From the IMG/VR virus record IMGVR_UViG_3300028800_000090, positions 2,187-66,186 of that record: 64,000 nt of DNA; one strand, given 5' to 3'. The position numbers were made by a program, and so were the translations under genes. The DNA is from a virus (lineage: Duplodnaviria; Caudoviricetes). The notes beneath the pieces were generated by a model. That model ran no database searches. It saw only the letters and a program-made list of their open reading frames with translations, and had not been told where the DNA came from. Of the stretch, positions 46,101 to 53,945 are shown in pieces. Within the stretch, counting starts at the first letter, position 1; each line of letters starts with the position of its first letter.

Positions 46101-48591
46101 CCCCGAGACCAACGCCGACCGCATGAAGGCGACGATCCGCGAAACTCGCGGCACGATGGACCGGCGCGTTGCCGTCGTCATGCACAAGCTCGCTGACTCC
46201 CGCAAAGAGTGGTCGAAGCGCTCCCGCGAAGACTCGATGAAGTTCTGGAACGCCGTCGAAGATGGCAACGTAGCCTCGCTCGACCCGAAGGATCAGGCGC
46301 TCGCCAACCTGTTCAAAGGTGCTTTTGACAAGATGCGTGGGCAGATTCAGCAACTCAAGCCCGAAGCCCTGCGCAACTACATCGAGAACTACTTCCCGCA
46401 CCTCTGGGAGCGCCAGTCCGATGCGCACTCCGTAGTCTCCCGGCTGATGAACGGCAAGCGTCCCCTGCAGGGCAAGGCCAGCTTCCTGAAGAAGCGCACC
46501 ATCCCCACCATGCAGGATGGCATCGACCTTGGATTCAAGCCGAAGACGTGGAACCCGGTCGAGTCCTTCCTGACGAAGTACGCTGAAATGGCCCAGTTCC
46601 TGATGGCGCACCAGACCATTGCGGTGATGAAGGCGGAGGGCAATGCCAAGTTCGTGCGCCTGGGTGCCCAGCCTCCTGATGGTTGGCAGCAGTTTGACGA
46701 CCGCTTTGCCTCCGTCTACCGGCATGCCAACATCCTCGACGAGGACAAGGTAGAAGACAACACCTTCGACAAGACCTACGTGGGTGGCAGCAAGCCCATC
46801 CCCTCGATCGCCGTTGAGGACCTGCCCACCTACGGCGCCACCGTTCTGGTCGGGCACTACTACGGTCCCCCGGATGCGGTGAAGGTTTTCAACAACTTCG
46901 TCAGCCGCGGGCTCGCCGGCCGTTCGGGAATCTACGACACGCTGAACTGGATGAACCAGAACCTCAACGCTCTCCAGTTGGGCATCTCCGCCTTCCACGC
47001 GACGACCACGACCATCAACGCGGCAGCGTCGGACATTGCGCTGGGCCTCGAACAACTCTTCCGCGGCGAGCCTCTGAAGGCTGGCGCCAGCTTCCTCAAA
47101 GCCCCGGCGACGGTGATCAACAGCTTCCGCAACGGCTCTAAACTGATGGAAGCGTACCTCTCCCCAGGGAGCATGGCCAAGCTCACCGAAGAGGCGCGCG
47201 CCATCGCGCAAGCCGGCGGCCGCATCCAGCAGAACACCCTCGAACTCCGCCCTATCGCCCAGATTGCGAACGCATGGCGCAACGGAGAAGTCTGGGAGGG
47301 CGTCAAGAAGGTGCCCGGCGCCCTGCTCCAGGCGTCCATCTACCCGGTGCTGAACTGGTACGTGCCTCGCATCAAGCTCGGAGCCTTCTACCAGATGGCC
47401 CACGACGTTCTCGACCAGGCGCAAAAGAACAACTGGCCCAGAGAGAAGACCCGAGCTATGATGCAGCGGGCGTGGGACTCGGTAGACGATCGCTTCGGAC
47501 AGGTGGTCTACGACAACTTCTTCTGGAACAAGGCGACTCGGGACGTGCTCCAGGTCACCAACCGCGCAGTCGGCTGGAACTTCGGCAGCCTCCGGACCTA
47601 CGCCGGCGCCGCCGAGGATACCGCGCGCGCCGCAGGAAAGGCCGCAGCGGGCGAGAAGCCAGAAGTTACCCCGCGCATGGCCTTCGCCTTCGCCTCCTTC
47701 ATGGTGGCAGGACTCATCGGGGCCCTACTGACGAAGCTCTGGACCGGCAAGAACCCTCAGACGTGGAAGGACTACCTCTATCCGACCACTGCGGACGGAA
47801 CACGCCACAATATCCCCGGGTACCCCGGCCAGGTGGTCTCCATGCTGCACGCTCCAGTGCAGACGACCGTCAACAAGATGGCACCTATCTGGGGCCTGAT
47901 GTGGGATGCCGTGCAGAACCGCGACTTCTACGGCACCGAGATCCGGCACAAGGACGATCCGGTGATGAAGCAACTCCTGCAGTTTGGGACGTGGGCCTCC
48001 GAGCAGGCTATTCCGTTCTCGTTCTCTGGCGGGGCCAAGTTGCTCGAGAAGCGCGGCGCGGAGGATACCCTCGCAGGCCTGTGGCATGCAGCAAAGCAGA
48101 ACCCCGGAGACGTACTGCTCGGGCAACTGGGTTTCCAGCCGTCCGCAGCCTTCATTCAAAACGACTCAGCGCTGAACCTTGCACACGAATACTCGCTGTC
48201 CAACCGCACCCCTGGAACTCGAACCAAGGAACAGGCGGAGCACTCAAAAGCGCTGGCTGCGGTAGAGCAGATGTACCGAACGGGCAAAGTTGATCGTGCT
48301 GCGATTGACCGCTTGCGCAAGGAAGGCAAACTCCCCGGCAACTCTGTGTCTCGGGCGGCCATGGAGTCGCGCTTCCCGGCCATCGTTACTGCATCGCGCA
48401 GCCTGTCGATCGAGCAAATCCTGAACGTCTTCGAAAAGGCGACACCCGAGGAGCAGAAGCAACTGCGTCCGTATGTCGAGCGCAAGTCTGCGCAGATCGA
48501 CGACATCCCCGACCCGGAGCGCAGACAGCAAGTCAATGACGCTTTCAACGCCGCCATGGGAACGAACCACACCCTGCGCGCTGCACGATGA
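37099..48591 (+). CDS. Giant DarB-like polyvalent ejection protein (RelA/SpoT-like, 2H phosphoesterase, permuted HAD, N6-adenine MTase, SNF2 helicase, helical C-terminus)
   Basis: RVKS..S..K / DVLGLRI / EIQI; HVTV twice; VKIFTAR...DLDGTLA; NAHYT, EPSMGSGNF, SNVPF; LRPHQ, AHVVGAGKT, DEAH, TGTPIQN, GAGMNVQ, QRTGRIERQGN. Confidence 0.92.
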   Translation: MIDGAVAEPPSGASVDWGTYEPTPSQSAKPAAGVDWSSYQDEPSATPTPPPVTPQSIQEDNADTANSPTPPPVGVSGPPVGMRQSGPPAFAPPGIGDGPAVPSAGAPQRIISTMPRETVAGTLQYRSEPPVPMHHEQTEGEAIREALSHPIETLTGADLPSQQEEKQEMLERGASETGDPFLATAVNIQQSTQQPLFNLSGSKTFQGILDPKSKNIFSRVITGGTKGIEALSSPDNIGLLAGMYFAPEEAGQLISAVFSAQMAQGAGSEGVQTLRAAHRGDYGEAAERGANALISAAFAAQSGKHAMGIESSPSFRESAGQGLEEGVRQATGAKGPWADYQPIAPVAQPKQQVAPQDTSRTFTAPANAARQAGVKFDTGPFDFDKFDAAKKGAVQGSTDGAAIRASAEQQHPTLKATVQGAIAGIPGAELEGSRVKSAESMQTKAERGTAFEGMKDVLGLRISVDSPQTGKLVEQAIKQSHPVVGEEPLDANGLKGQQLFVRSGKPGEALQVAEIQILPKPQVDVLDKTTPIYEQQKEAEAAGDDKAAEAHSDKATEIHETALTGELPTKYEFGSTQANLPASSDAAKAVGDMQSRIPDTDLAGDGKDLDKFHVTVRYGLKSGITPELRKFIESQEPFEASLGATTSFPPKPGAEASPIIAPVESPELHKLNAAIEKAGDFHPSDYPDYRPHVTVAFVKPDLADKYTGMTDAKGKTFPIDSIAISDQNGKHTEIPLLGGKSKEGKETAETSGSTQAGKEPVGGRADETLPPTENHTTPRTVPEPGATSPAVPKSEAAQPQEVAPKLTKGSQVTLPDGRTGTLRWTLGKDARVELADKAKTRWDGKLADLKPAEAPPIGKPLNTRIEQIKQAVADGTPVKIFTARADDPRVPIFLKENGLGELPVTNIKGHDFGGLIDNIVNVPTNSDKPFDMPKIPAGKTLYVDLDGTLAKEGGTDATPKPTEAEGSKAPVKAAAEPERGAGKVEGQAKEASAPQSDLAQKREKFKAGKGTKAERETAQRMQELAEHFTPGNVIHSAYWRDYDKVLAFTPATTEHNWSVKVIHSDKEGNPLPDADPRNHSTYPDKGDVIVKRGEKQAPPTPDEPATFVRKSLQTGKEETFTLPGAQTTISRPAEIREASDQTLAEAAKKWAKATLEGGGDSDAAGKILGEIEAEQSRREAKGRVVPIEDARAPKPKIPQIPAMAGMTPLGVKPVAETPAKEDNTAHGDRDQNGGRTPSGGRAPADLPGEDRDAVGAAPARQGEGAEGKGNLRPGSESDGAPVRSTPSGVSEAGVGSGHGAGSGTGLDNSPAGPVAEKAVKAASKTPKLNKDWYTHPDDWEPPSGIMGKLDANMEALRILRNIEKFPRLATPEEQAALANFVGWGALPNVFAPWRVGYSERPRWEKANDELHTLLNEEEYAAASRSTQNAHYTSPELVRYMWDLMKRFGFKGGSVIEPSMGSGNFFGLMPKALRANVEAVGNEMDPVTAGIAKLLYPGATIFNKDFVQLILPDNSLDLAISNVPFGAKVYDPKMPKLNAGVHDYFFVKSLDKVRPGGVVAFITSTGTMDKQNGNIRDIIASKADLIGAIRIPSGAFKKNAGTDVTTDLVILQKRAPGQEPKGPQWSKVVDIQVPGRDKGTIATVKINEYFHDNPEMMLGTGGVSEMYGRDGSFALYPHEGQDFTQLLEDAKRSLPRGIMLADDKPLGVDRASTAAEFAKDSQPEGSFAIDSKGVLKQVVDGKLQAPPVVENADGTKSPAKVERIKQMVGLRDNLNGLLASMTELPDDEPSNAEIAKQRNELKKEYDKFVKRNGILNAPANRIFDDDPHFPRLLALENYDSAKRVATPAQIFTQRTIFPRAELTSLSPDPHDALYQVLAERGRPDIGFMARLQGKEPAEVAKGLLKDGLIFRDPHSGDYEMKEKYLSGYVRDKLDEAKAAVAQGSKEYQANVDALEKVIPDTVPIAKIEVKLGATWIPLPAFSDFISDVLKANGRVTNDGGIWKVSNLANTPEVSSTYGTPAASADWILEQSLNQREMKITYKDSDGVVHVDPQATLLARQKQQKLREAFNQWAADSKKWGPVLEKAFNYAYNNIVLPSRDGSHLTFPGMNASVDLRPHQKDAVWMVIQEGRGLLAHVVGAGKTFEIAASIMEGRRIGAFRKPMLAVPNHLVDQWRSEFMHLYPGAKLLVPTKGDFDSKNRQRLMAKIATGDYDAVILAHSQFNLMDISPERQMKTLQGQMDELVETIRAMKGNRDDERTVKQMEKSKEQLRTRMAKLQDMKADKAISFDETGVDALFIDEAHAYKNLMYYTKMQRVAGLSQGDSKRATRLLMKTQYLQDQNGGRGVVFATGTPIQNTMAEQYTMTKYVAPDVLERAGIKYFDDWAANFGAVQTKNELAADGSSIKARSKFSRFTNVPELMQMFRSFTDIKTAKMLNLPTPKLEGGKPQANYVQPSETLMEYVKTLVHRAKNMPKDPRVDNMLKVVSDGRKAALDMRLVDPDVKDDPDSKINQVVEDVLREWKAGKADKLTQLVFLDMYRALDYPPSTRNPLDDSEIIGRPTERLNLYNDMRSKWIRAGIPADQIAIIGDYDTDVKKNALFAAVNNGDIRILMGSTEKMGAGMNVQRRLKVLHHVDLPWRPGDLAQRTGRIERQGNTNAEVSVKYWLTQRSFDTYMLNTLVTKAEFIEQLMSGTFKGRSIEDLDSTVSMNLQDMMVATSGNPDIKLKYDLEMEKDQLQALERGHRQEMRENGFRAQNASDRASRMSGQIVVEKKALAKYQAVKGEDGKGFSLDVDGKKFTVRKDAFEYLDAMKVPQANFYLTLNGIGVSVKTFSEARNQAVLEYQLEYEGTERTPPEQSMASLGRSIDARLGNLSDTIESNEFSVKTNKADAEKYSKMTDLPFAEAKRLADVKKEIDEVDKRLGMKDEPPKDEVTADIADEDGEADQEVGDQDQEDSATLKPNKAAEERAAKLGSTFSSGLDPTLFKELFPDIAQRVSDWIDNPETNADRMKATIRETRGTMDRRVAVVMHKLADSRKEWSKRSREDSMKFWNAVEDGNVASLDPKDQALANLFKGAFDKMRGQIQQLKPEALRNYIENYFPHLWERQSDAHSVVSRLMNGKRPLQGKASFLKKRTIPTMQDGIDLGFKPKTWNPVESFLTKYAEMAQFLMAHQTIAVMKAEGNAKFVRLGAQPPDGWQQFDDRFASVYRHANILDEDKVEDNTFDKTYVGGSKPIPSIAVEDLPTYGATVLVGHYYGPPDAVKVFNNFVSRGLAGRSGIYDTLNWMNQNLNALQLGISAFHATTTTINAAASDIALGLEQLFRGEPLKAGASFLKAPATVINSFRNGSKLMEAYLSPGSMAKLTEEARAIAQAGGRIQQNTLELRPIAQIANAWRNGEVWEGVKKVPGALLQASIYPVLNWYVPRIKLGAFYQMAHDVLDQAQKNNWPREKTRAMMQRAWDSVDDRFGQVVYDNFFWNKATRDVLQVTNRAVGWNFGSLRTYAGAAEDTARAAGKAAAGEKPEVTPRMAFAFASFMVAGLIGALLTKLWTGKNPQTWKDYLYPTTADGTRHNIPGYPGQVVSMLHAPVQTTVNKMAPIWGLMWDAVQNRDFYGTEIRHKDDPVMKQLLQFGTWASEQAIPFSFSGGAKLLEKRGAEDTLAGLWHAAKQNPGDVLLGQLGFQPSAAFIQNDSALNLAHEYSLSNRTPGTRTKEQAEHSKALAAVEQMYRTGKVDRAAIDRLRKEGKLPGNSVSRAAMESRFPAIVTASRSLSIEQILNVFEKATPEEQKQLRPYVERKSAQIDDIPDPERRQQVNDAFNAAMGTNHTLRAAR
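39965..40093 (+). CDS. Possible overprinted 42-aa basic peptide (+1 frame inside the giant ORF)
   Basis: AAGGAGG-5 nt-ATG; MQPLSLQKQKVAKPPSKPQQNLSAALAKWKGKRKKPVPPKAT. Confidence 0.3.
   Translation: MQPLSLQKQKVAKPPSKPQQNLSAALAKWKGKRKKPVPPKAT
40775..41041 (+). CDS. Overprinted 88-aa helical protein (TnpV/DUF1896-like) nested in the +1 frame of the giant ORF
   Basis: AAGGAGG upstream; protein-like QWEQHLPDKVKALKAKG...REAAQGLII while the host frame reads as G/R/A/P low complexity. Confidence 0.65.
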   Translation: MATATRTVDVPPAEDARLPIYQAKIETQWEQHLPDKVKALKAKGTFDQEVKATALQCVQLLQEYQKRGLGPDMGREAAQGLIIPPQDQ

Positions 48592-48616
48592 ACTACCTCA
48601 AGGAGTACCCCCAGCT

Positions 48617-49132
48617 ATGCCCAGAGCAAAACTCAAAGACCTCGTAGGAGAGGCTGATCTTCCGCCCGCACGCCAGGTGCAGGCGTTCATCTCGAAGTAT
48701 GTGCACGGTGGGCGAGACCTCGAGCGCGCAGCCTGCCTTGCGAAGTTAGACCCGAAGCTCGGCAAGAAGCTCTATCTGGTGCCGAAGATTCGAGAGAGCA
48801 TCGATCGGCAGATTGCGATGATCGAGTTTGAGCAGGCCAAGCTCACGGCGAAGGCTACCATGCTTGGGGTCGAACTGATTGACTCCGCAGTGGTTGAGTC
48901 GCTGACCCGAAAGAAGGACAGGCTGCAGCCGGAGATTGTGCGCATCGCCTACGGCAGAGTCGGGCTGATCCGCGACGGTGAGTTCTACGTGGCACCGGAC
49001 CCCAGCCAGAACAAGAACGCACCGAGCATCTACCAGGCCGCGCAAACCTCAATGCGCCGGACGGTCACCGAAGAGGTCACGCATACGCAGGTTGTGGTGA
49101 CTGACCCCATCTTCAGCGTGAAAGAATACTGA
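48617..49132 (+). CDS. Terminase small subunit
   Basis: ATG after AAGGAG; QAF-SKY...RAA-LA...GKKL...PKI-ESI HTH pattern; directly before TerL. Confidence 0.7.
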   Translation: MPRAKLKDLVGEADLPPARQVQAFISKYVHGGRDLERAACLAKLDPKLGKKLYLVPKIRESIDRQIAMIEFEQAKLTAKATMLGVELIDSAVVESLTRKKDRLQPEIVRIAYGRVGLIRDGEFYVAPDPSQNKNAPSIYQAAQTSMRRTVTEEVTHTQVVVTDPIFSVKEY

Positions 49133-50727
49133 TGGCACTCCTGCCCTGGATTCCTCCCGAGGAAGGAGTCAACCCGGTATGGTGGCCCCTCAAGCCCGAG
49201 CATTCTGACAAATCCCCGCAGCGCACCGGCCTCGAATCGCCAGCAACCCTCTTGCTGTACGGGGGCGGGTCAGGCGGAGGCAAATCGGATTGGCTGGTTG
49301 CCGACGCTGCGCAGGAAGTCTCGAATCCCAACTTCCGCGGCCTGCTGATTCGCAAGTCGTTCGTCGAGATGAACAACATCATCGATCGAATGAAGGCCAT
49401 CTACAGACCCCTGGGTGGACGGTCGACGGATAAGGACCGCATGTGGCGCTTCCCCTCCGGCGCGCAGATCCGGCTCGGGTATATGTCGTCCGATGCGGAC
49501 GTCGAGAATTATCAGGGCACCCCATTTAGCTGGCTGGGCGTCGATGAGGCAGGAAACCACGTCGAGTCTCGTATCCGCCGTCTCCTCCCCTGGCTGGCCA
49601 GCACAGACCCCACGCTCAGAGTCCGAGCACGGTTCACAGCCAACCCCGGCGGAGTCGGCGCTGACTGGCTCATGCGTTTGTTTCTCAGGGACAAGTGCCC
49701 CATCTGCCATCCCGAGGAATCGGTCGAGGGCGGTGCAGTCTACGCGGGCAAGAAACTTACCTGGTCGGACGGGCGCCCGCTCGACGAACTGGGTAAGTGG
49801 ACGGTTAGCTTTATCCCGGCACTGGTCGGGGATAACCCCCTCTACGGCGCGGATAAGGTTGCAGCTCTCCGCACGCAGGAAGCGGCGATTGCCGAGATGC
49901 TCCTAAAGGGCTGCTGGTGCCGCTTGGCTGGGCGGTACTTCTCCTTCATGCGTCCTGAGTTGAATCTGCCTTTGGCGGAGTACCCTGCCGAGTGGTGGAA
50001 CACCTACGTGATTGCCACAGACTACGGCTTTGGCGAGTCGTGGGCCGCGGCGGGGCTGTTCTACATCACCGAGCCCACCTCAGCCTACCCAAGCGGCCGA
50101 GCGTTTCAGATTGGCGAGTATGTCGGATTGGACGAGGAGACGGGGGAGAAGCCGGGCTCAGAAGACTTTGCCCGCCAAATCCTCGAACGGTTCGTCGACT
50201 CAGGCGAAGGCCGACGCACGTATGCCATGGCCATCTGTGACCCTGCAACGGACGGGCACACGGGTAACGGCCGCTCCAACATGGAGATCATGGCCGAGGT
50301 CTTTGCCGAGCGCGGCATCCCCGTCATGGGCGCGCACAAGGACCGCATCGCCAACTTCCAGAACCTCTACCGCATGCTCAAGAAGGGGCAGGTGGTCATC
50401 ACCGATGCGTGCCCAGCAACGTTCAAGTCGATGAATACCAGGATGCACGATCCTGCGCGCCCAGGGGACATCAAGAAGATCAAAGGCAATAGCCTGGATG
50501 ACCTAGCCGATATGTTGAGTTACTTCGCAAACACCTACTTCACTGGCGATGCAAAGCCCAAAGAAGCGGAGCGCGCAGAGAAGATGCAGGCCATGATCGC
50601 GTCCGGCCTGGACGAGCACAGCCTTGGCATGAACTCTTTGCGCATGATGATGCAGGCGCAGAACGAGCCGGATGAGGATGCACCGATCAGGATTACGGGC
50701 GTGGGGCGGAGGAGACTGGGGCGGTGA
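49132..50727 (+). CDS. terL: Terminase large subunit
   Basis: LYGGGSGGGKS (Walker A), GVDEA (Walker B), TANPGG, ATDYG and DDLAD nuclease motifs. Confidence 0.95.
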   Translation: MALLPWIPPEEGVNPVWWPLKPEHSDKSPQRTGLESPATLLLYGGGSGGGKSDWLVADAAQEVSNPNFRGLLIRKSFVEMNNIIDRMKAIYRPLGGRSTDKDRMWRFPSGAQIRLGYMSSDADVENYQGTPFSWLGVDEAGNHVESRIRRLLPWLASTDPTLRVRARFTANPGGVGADWLMRLFLRDKCPICHPEESVEGGAVYAGKKLTWSDGRPLDELGKWTVSFIPALVGDNPLYGADKVAALRTQEAAIAEMLLKGCWCRLAGRYFSFMRPELNLPLAEYPAEWWNTYVIATDYGFGESWAAAGLFYITEPTSAYPSGRAFQIGEYVGLDEETGEKPGSEDFARQILERFVDSGEGRRTYAMAICDPATDGHTGNGRSNMEIMAEVFAERGIPVMGAHKDRIANFQNLYRMLKKGQVVITDACPATFKSMNTRMHDPARPGDIKKIKGNSLDDLADMLSYFANTYFTGDAKPKEAERAEKMQAMIASGLDEHSLGMNSLRMMMQAQNEPDEDAPIRITGVGRRRLGR

Positions 50728-50848
50728 GTGTGAAGGTGATCTTGAAAACCTTCCGTAGTCCGCACGTCCTGCACACGTAAGTGTCTTGGAATAGAGGATC
50801 GTCGGGCCGGATAACCTGTATCCAATCGTGAACGATGCACTCGCTCAT
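50693..50848 (-). CDS. Small Cys/His protein
   Basis: MSECIVHDW...VCRTCG; ATGA coupling with the upstream gene. Confidence 0.5.
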   Translation of the reverse strand: MSECIVHDWIQVIRPDDPLFQDTYVCRTCGLRKVFKITFTLTAPVSSAPRP

Positions 50849-51204
50849 GGGAGTTTCACTCTGCCGTTGACAATAGGCCCATGCTTCTCGCGGTCGTACT
50901 CCACTGTAGGTTCTGGCTTCATTGTCCCGTCGTGATTGAACCGGTTGGCGTCGAGCATCTGCATGAACTCGATAGAGTGCTGGACGGCCTTGCATCCGCG
51001 AGCCTCGAACAGATTCCAGTGCTCAGACTGTCGGGCGCACTGGATAGCAGCGTTCTTGGCAGCCTCGAATCCGGCACGGAAGGCATCGTCATAGTCCTCT
51101 GCGCGCACCCACTCCTTCTCAAACTCAAAGGGCTTCGAGGTATTGCCAAGGATGCTTACGTTCCCATCCTGCACGCGGAACTTTACGCGGTCTACGTGGC
51201 TCAT
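50845..51204 (-). CDS. Hypothetical protein
   Basis: 119 aa, translationally coupled; 'WVRAEDY' motif. Confidence 0.65.
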   Translation of the reverse strand: MSHVDRVKFRVQDGNVSILGNTSKPFEFEKEWVRAEDYDDAFRAGFEAAKNAAIQCARQSEHWNLFEARGCKAVQHSIEFMQMLDANRFNHDGTMKPEPTVEYDREKHGPIVNGRVKLP

Positions 51205-51695
51205 CGCTCCCCCTTGAGGTACTTGATCGCAGCCGAATACTTCGCCAGCAGGCGTAGGTAGGTTTCCTTGGGCAACTTCGAAAGCCGCTCTGGATTCATG
51301 TTGTCGTGCAGGTCGGCCAGCTTGATCTTTCTCGCCAGCGGATTCTCTGAGACGCAGCGGATGTAGTCTTCATACGGCTCGCCCTTGCAGTGACACAGCG
51401 CTTCGCAGCATCGCAGGACCTCGGGCGGAAACTCCTTCTCAATTATTCGCGCATAGGCACCTGGGTCGCTCGTATCCTCAAGCACGTCGTGCAGGAGCGC
51501 GCATACCTTCTCTTGCGGAGTTTCCACAGCGTCAGCCACCCGGGCGAGGTGAAACATATAAGACTCGCCGCTTTTGTCCTGCTGCAGCGCATGGACCTCA
51601 ACGGCGATTCTCCACGCCTTCGCCAGCATGATCTGATCAACCTCGGCGCCGAACTCACGGGTTGCGATGCTGCGAATGCTTTCCAGTTCGCTCAA
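51201..51695 (-). CDS. HD-domain small alarmone hydrolase (Mesh1/SAH-like)
   Basis: H..Q-DKSG-SY-FHL-RVA, ALLHDVLEDT, IKLADLHDN. Confidence 0.88.
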   Translation of the reverse strand: MSELESIRSIATREFGAEVDQIMLAKAWRIAVEVHALQQDKSGESYMFHLARVADAVETPQEKVCALLHDVLEDTSDPGAYARIIEKEFPPEVLRCCEALCHCKGEPYEDYIRCVSENPLARKIKLADLHDNMNPERLSKLPKETYLRLLAKYSAAIKYLKGER

Positions 51696-51865
51696 AATAG
51701 GTCTCCAGACTTGGGTATTTCAGGTTTCGTTTTAGGAAGGGGTTTAGATTGGCAGACTTTGCAATGCATGGGCCTGCCGTCCGCAATCGCATGAGGCGTA
51801 GGCTTGCCGCATTTCGTGCACCAGATTGACGCCTCGACTACATTCCTCGTGAAGAAGTGCCGCAT
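51692..51865 (-). CDS. 57-aa Zn-finger protein
   Basis: SD GGAGG; MRHFFTRNVVEASIWCTKCG...HCKVC; below the ORF-track cutoff. Confidence 0.6.
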   Translation of the reverse strand: MRHFFTRNVVEASIWCTKCGKPTPHAIADGRPMHCKVCQSKPLPKTKPEIPKSGDLF

Positions 51866-51873
51866 GGTGCCTC

Positions 51874-53265
51874 CTAGTAGGGGATACGCTCTTGTGTTGG
51901 CCCATCCGGTTCTGTGTCGTCGATCCAGGCGAGGATACTGCCCGCATACTTGACGTGGCAGGTGCCTATCTGCCCTTCCCGGTTCTTGGCGAGGATCATC
52001 TCGCCTTTGCCTTTTAGGTTGCTGTCGTCCTTGTCGAACAATTCCGGCCGATGCAGGAACGCGACTAAATCGGCGTGGTTCTTGAGCTTGCCAGATCCCG
52101 CAATGTCGGTAATTCTTGGCCGCGGGTCTTGCCGCTTCGCGCCTTCCTGTGTCATCTGAACTACCAGAATGACCGGCACATCGAGTTCCTCAGCCATCAG
52201 TTTGGCGAGAAGTCCTTGCTTGCCGATGCGTTCCTCGGTGCTGGAGTTGCGCCAGAGTCGCATCACGTCGCTCTCGTCGATGTGGCTCAACTGGTCCAGA
52301 ACAATCAGGTCCAGCCCTGTAGGGTGCCCTTCGCGCATGAGCTTCCGTTTCAGGGCATAGCACCTGGCCTTGATCTGCGTCATCGTCAGGTAGGCATCGT
52401 CCATGTAGAGCGGCGCCGCCTTGATCTGGTCGATCTGATCCACCAGTTCGGCACGTTGGTAGGCGGTCAGGTCGTTGTCGCGGATTGAGCGATAGGGGAC
52501 GCGGGCGGTTGAAGACGCCATGCGCCGGATAGCCGATTTCTTCTTTTGTTCGAACGGGAAGAATGCGCATACCTTGCCCTGCACGACTGAGACGTTGTGG
52601 ACGGCGTTGCACACCCAGGCTGTCTTTCCTGTCATCGCCATGGCCGCGAGGATCATCAACTCCTGCCGCTGCAGTCCCCCGGTAAACTTGTCGAACTGCG
52701 TCCAGCCAAGTTTCAGCCCGTCGAGGGTCGCCATCTGGTTCAGCACGGTATCTGAGTCACCCTGCGAGGCCAGATATTCGCCGGCGGTCGCCATGGGCGT
52801 GCTGTCAGAAGACTCCAGCAGCCCCTTCCTGCTTTCAATAGCAGCCTCCAGGAGCGCCTGCGGGTCTTGGGAGGGGTCTGAGGCTCGCTGCTGGTCCTCG
52901 TACGCCAGCGCAGCCAGCCTGCGGGCCAGCGCCTTGTCCTTTATGACACGCACGTACCGGGAAACGTCCGGCTTCCCAGGCACGTCGTTCTCAAGTTGGA
53001 TCACGTAGCCCAGCCCACCTACGGAGTCCAGTTCTGACGTCTTGCGCAACTGGTCGCAGACGGTCTGGTAGTCGATGCCTGCCTTGGCTTCGTGGAGTTT
53101 CGAGATTGCGCGGTAGATGCGCTTATGGGAGTCGAGGAAGAACTCAGAGACTTCGAGCGTGCTCACGGCGTCCGCTACGGCGTCTGGGTGCAAGAGGCAT
53201 GATCCAAGTAGGGCACGCTCGATCTCTGGTGCGGCGGGTAGCGTCAGGTCTTGAGGCTCTTGCAT
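51874..53265 (-). CDS. dnaB: Replicative DNA helicase
   Basis: N-terminal ERALLG...FFLDSHKRIY; Walker A AAMAMTGKT; LIVLDQL; RPRITDIAGSG; AKNREGQIG. Confidence 0.95.
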   Translation of the reverse strand: MQEPQDLTLPAAPEIERALLGSCLLHPDAVADAVSTLEVSEFFLDSHKRIYRAISKLHEAKAGIDYQTVCDQLRKTSELDSVGGLGYVIQLENDVPGKPDVSRYVRVIKDKALARRLAALAYEDQQRASDPSQDPQALLEAAIESRKGLLESSDSTPMATAGEYLASQGDSDTVLNQMATLDGLKLGWTQFDKFTGGLQRQELMILAAMAMTGKTAWVCNAVHNVSVVQGKVCAFFPFEQKKKSAIRRMASSTARVPYRSIRDNDLTAYQRAELVDQIDQIKAAPLYMDDAYLTMTQIKARCYALKRKLMREGHPTGLDLIVLDQLSHIDESDVMRLWRNSSTEERIGKQGLLAKLMAEELDVPVILVVQMTQEGAKRQDPRPRITDIAGSGKLKNHADLVAFLHRPELFDKDDSNLKGKGEMILAKNREGQIGTCHVKYAGSILAWIDDTEPDGPTQERIPY

Positions 53266-53315
53266 AGAAGAGGGGTGCCCGGATAAGCCGTCCGGGCTCG
53301 GGTGGGAGGGCTGCC

Positions 53316-53918
53316 TTACATCAACTGGAGGTTCTTTTTGGCGTTGGCGGTTGCTGCACGTTCTTCCCGGCGCTTCCGTTGGCGCACCTGCTCGTCGTCC
53401 TCTTCGGGTTCTTCCTTGAGGGCTTCGTCTGCGTCAACCTCGCCGGTCTCGTCCGCATCCTCTTCGGGTGCGTCGGTTACTTCGTAGGTGGAATCGAACT
53501 CTTCGGCCGCCATCTGTCCGCACCACCGCAACAGGTCAGTCGAGAACTGCGCAACCATCTGGAACTTGACCACCGTACTCGGGTCGTCCTCGCTCGCCAT
53601 GTTCTCAACGGTGAAGTGCGAGAGCTTTGCCTTCGGCGCCTCGATCGGCGTTGGCCCAAAGAGCAACTGATCGGACATGATGACGTTGCAGTAGTCGATG
53701 GTCTGCGTGCACTTCACGACCTCGCCATTCTTCATCACGAAGTCGCGCGCATCCGCCAGCCATTCAGGAAAGCCTGTCAACTTCTGCCCGGTGATCGGCA
53801 TGGTGCAGAGAATCTTCAGCCGCTTCTGCTTCGTGGGTGCCTTACCTACAAGGCCAGCATACGACCGGATGGTGATGCGCCGGATCGTCTTGGGGGTGAA
53901 CCAGAGTCTAGGTGCCAT
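53316..53918 (-). CDS. Hypothetical protein with acidic C-terminus
   Basis: 200 aa, SD GAGG. Confidence 0.7.
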   Translation of the reverse strand: MAPRLWFTPKTIRRITIRSYAGLVGKAPTKQKRLKILCTMPITGQKLTGFPEWLADARDFVMKNGEVVKCTQTIDYCNVIMSDQLLFGPTPIEAPKAKLSHFTVENMASEDDPSTVVKFQMVAQFSTDLLRWCGQMAAEEFDSTYEVTDAPEEDADETGEVDADEALKEEPEEDDEQVRQRKRREERAATANAKKNLQLM

Positions 53919-53945
53919 TGTCTTACCTCGGTATTGCAGATTGTG

